The notes under the pieces are model-generated. The model worked only from the letters and a program-made list of their open reading frames with translations, was not told where the DNA came from and searched no databases. From contig JBMSSC010000045.1 of NCBI GenBank assembly GCA_049424145.1, forward strand, positions 1-18,350: 18,350 nt of DNA. The letters are read 5' to 3'. A program made the position numbers and the translations under genes. Positions 17,250-18,350 of the stretch are shown here, one piece after another (position 1 is the stretch's first letter; every line of letters starts with the position of its first letter). Source of the DNA: Bdellovibrionia bacterium (GTDB lineage: Bacteria; Bdellovibrionota; UBA1018).

Positions 17250-17440
17250 ATCGGAGGAGGTGAGCGCCTGAGTTCCTTCACTTGAGATTTCAACTCGAGA
17301 GGAGTAGCCCGGTCTCGGGTGAATTCTATTTTTCTCTTGAAATCAAACGGCAAGCAAGCCTCCAGTCGATCCTGCTTTTTGACTCCCCTTAGGAAAGGTC
17401 AAAAAACAGGGTGCGATCACGCCCTGATCTTTGGTTTTTT
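17250..17440 (+). ncRNA. Candidate structured non-coding RNA (long imperfect hairpin, second hairpin, terminator-like stem with U-rich tail); no known family recognised
   Basis: Hand-folded stems: 17286-93/17337-44 (8 bp perfect), 17297-307/17326-36 (11 bp incl. 3 G-U), 17308-11/17316-19, GGAGG/CCTCC outer stem, 17376-83/17398-405, 17407-13/17420-26 followed by a T-rich run. Confidence 0.35.
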
Positions 17441-17527
17441 ATTCTGTTCTTTTGTAGCTTTTTCTCTATTACTTCAAACTAGTTTTGAGGTGCGTGTTGA
17501 GGAGGGGTTTTTGCGTTAGTTTAAAAT

Positions 17528-17572
17528 AATCTAGATTTTTGCCTATTATACTCCAAGATTTTAATCTTTCTA
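17528..17572 (-). promoter_or_regulatory. Putative sigma70-type promoter (TATAAT at 17550-17545, TAGAAA -35-like) pointing toward BLUF, overlapped by two AATCT/AGATT palindromes
   Basis: Perfect -10 hexamer on the minus strand; palindromes AATCTAGATT (17528-37) and AAGATT-tt-AATCTT (17555-68); AT-rich context. Confidence 0.4.
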
Positions 17573-17674
17573 TTTCTAAATTTTAAAAAATTGAACTTTA
17601 TTTCAGATGAAGGGCATGGGGAACTAAAAATAAGTCCGATTTTAGGTCGCATCCCTCTGGGGCCGTCCCTGAGC

Positions 17675-18350
17675 TTAAGCCTGCTTCGGTAAACTCATCA
17701 CAAATCGAGTATTTTTGCATCGGCCATCGATTCGAATCTGTCCCCCGTGCTGCTGGATAATTCGTTGGCATAAGCTTAAACCTAAACCTAAATTGGTGTT
17801 TTGATCCGAAGCCTTGGTTGAATAAAAGGGCTCAAAAACCTTCTGATGAAGGGATTGACCAAGCCCGGGGCCGCTGTCGGTTACTGAAATTTGAACCTGC
17901 TTTCCTCGTGCAGTGATGTCGATTTGAACCCACTTTTCTCGCCCATCAGCCACTGCATCGCAGGCGTTGTGGATCAGATTCACCAGGGCCTGAGTTAATT
18001 GGACAAAGTTTCCTTTAAACTGAAGCGGGTCTTTGGGGAGCTTCCATCGAAGCTCAACGCCTGCTTCTTTCACACGTTTTTGCGAGAGGCGTGTTGCCTC
18101 CTCAGACAGTCGCTCAGCGGAGAGGAGGGCAGGGGCGCTCGGTGGAGCGTTCCCGTACAGAGACCTTAAGTTCTGAAGGATCTGCTCCACTTGAAACGCC
18201 GTGGTTTCGATTTGACGGGCGTGAGATTTCATCACGTCTCGCTCGAGCGTTGGCTCGTCTAAAAGATCCTGAAGACTTGAGGCCAGGGTCGTGATGACGC
18301 TCAAAGGGGTTCGAATCTCGTGGATGAGGCTGAGGCTCATTTCTCCAAGC
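17675..18350 (-). CDS. Sensor histidine kinase, C-terminal HisKA + HATPase_c (NtrB/DctB-like); 5' part lies outside the window
   Basis: Frame is open to the window edge (LGEMSLSLIHEIRTPL H-box); LTQALVNLIHNACDA, DSGPG, FEPFYSTK, LGLGLSLCQRIIQQHGG. Confidence 0.93.
   Translation of the reverse strand, partial: LGEMSLSLIHEIRTPLSVITTLASSLQDLLDEPTLERDVMKSHARQIETTAFQVEQILQNLRSLYGNAPPSAPALLSAERLSEEATRLSQKRVKEAGVELRWKLPKDPLQFKGNFVQLTQALVNLIHNACDAVADGREKWVQIDITARGKQVQISVTDSGPGLGQSLHQKVFEPFYSTKASDQNTNLGLGLSLCQRIIQQHGGQIRIDGRCKNTRFVMSLPKQA

Noticed and set aside
17250..17370. 6S RNA, SRP RNA or glycine riboswitch identity for the long hairpin
   Set aside because: Lacks the conserved motifs (SRP GNRA/AGCAG loop, symmetrical 6S central bubble, glycine GGAGA..CCGAAG core).
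17319..17519. 66-aa + strand ORF in the BLUF-kinase spacer
   Set aside because: GTG start, Phe-rich from T-runs, runs through the hairpins, no recognisable motif.
17505..17545. c-di-GMP-I riboswitch-like words GGCAAA...ACGCAAA on the minus strand upstream of BLUF
   Set aside because: No GNRA-capped P2 stem or matching P1/P3 pairing; likely chance in AT-rich DNA. An Rfam scan would settle it.
1..18350. CRISPR arrays, tRNA/rRNA, transposases, integrases, prophage structural genes
   Set aside because: No regularly spaced repeats, cloverleaf or rRNA motifs, or DDE/tyrosine/serine recombinase signatures seen.

Overview
An 18.35-kb, ~50% GC, gene-dense stretch of a bacterial chromosome. The gene set and style suggest a Bdellovibrionota/Oligoflexia- or deltaproteobacteria-like lineage, but that is inference only. 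The left and centre are mostly housekeeping or stress genes: a membrane PAS histidine kinase with a CheY-like receiver, prfC, a hypothetical gene followed by rnd and an OPA-family MFS transporter, degP/htrA, ychJ (SEC-C), then cyaY, an rlmM-like methyltransferase and a glutaredoxin. The right half is accessory-like: a bacterial GT22 (PIG-B/Alg9-like) glycosyltransferase, Dps with a C-terminal tail, a small protein with a phage/actinobacterial-type 'SGVSGTG..AEG..F..G...RW...HGH' motif, a ~750-aa protein, a stand-alone BLUF photoreceptor, a 490-bp structured and repeat-flanked intergenic region, and the 3' part of a second histidine kinase. The ~750-aa protein is the most unusual item: it looks like the isolated central insert of DUF4011/DUF3320 SF1 helicases (the Hhe anti-phage family) with no helicase or nuclease motifs. 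No rRNA, tRNA, CRISPR array or transposase was seen. All family calls come from motif recognition by eye, not database searches.
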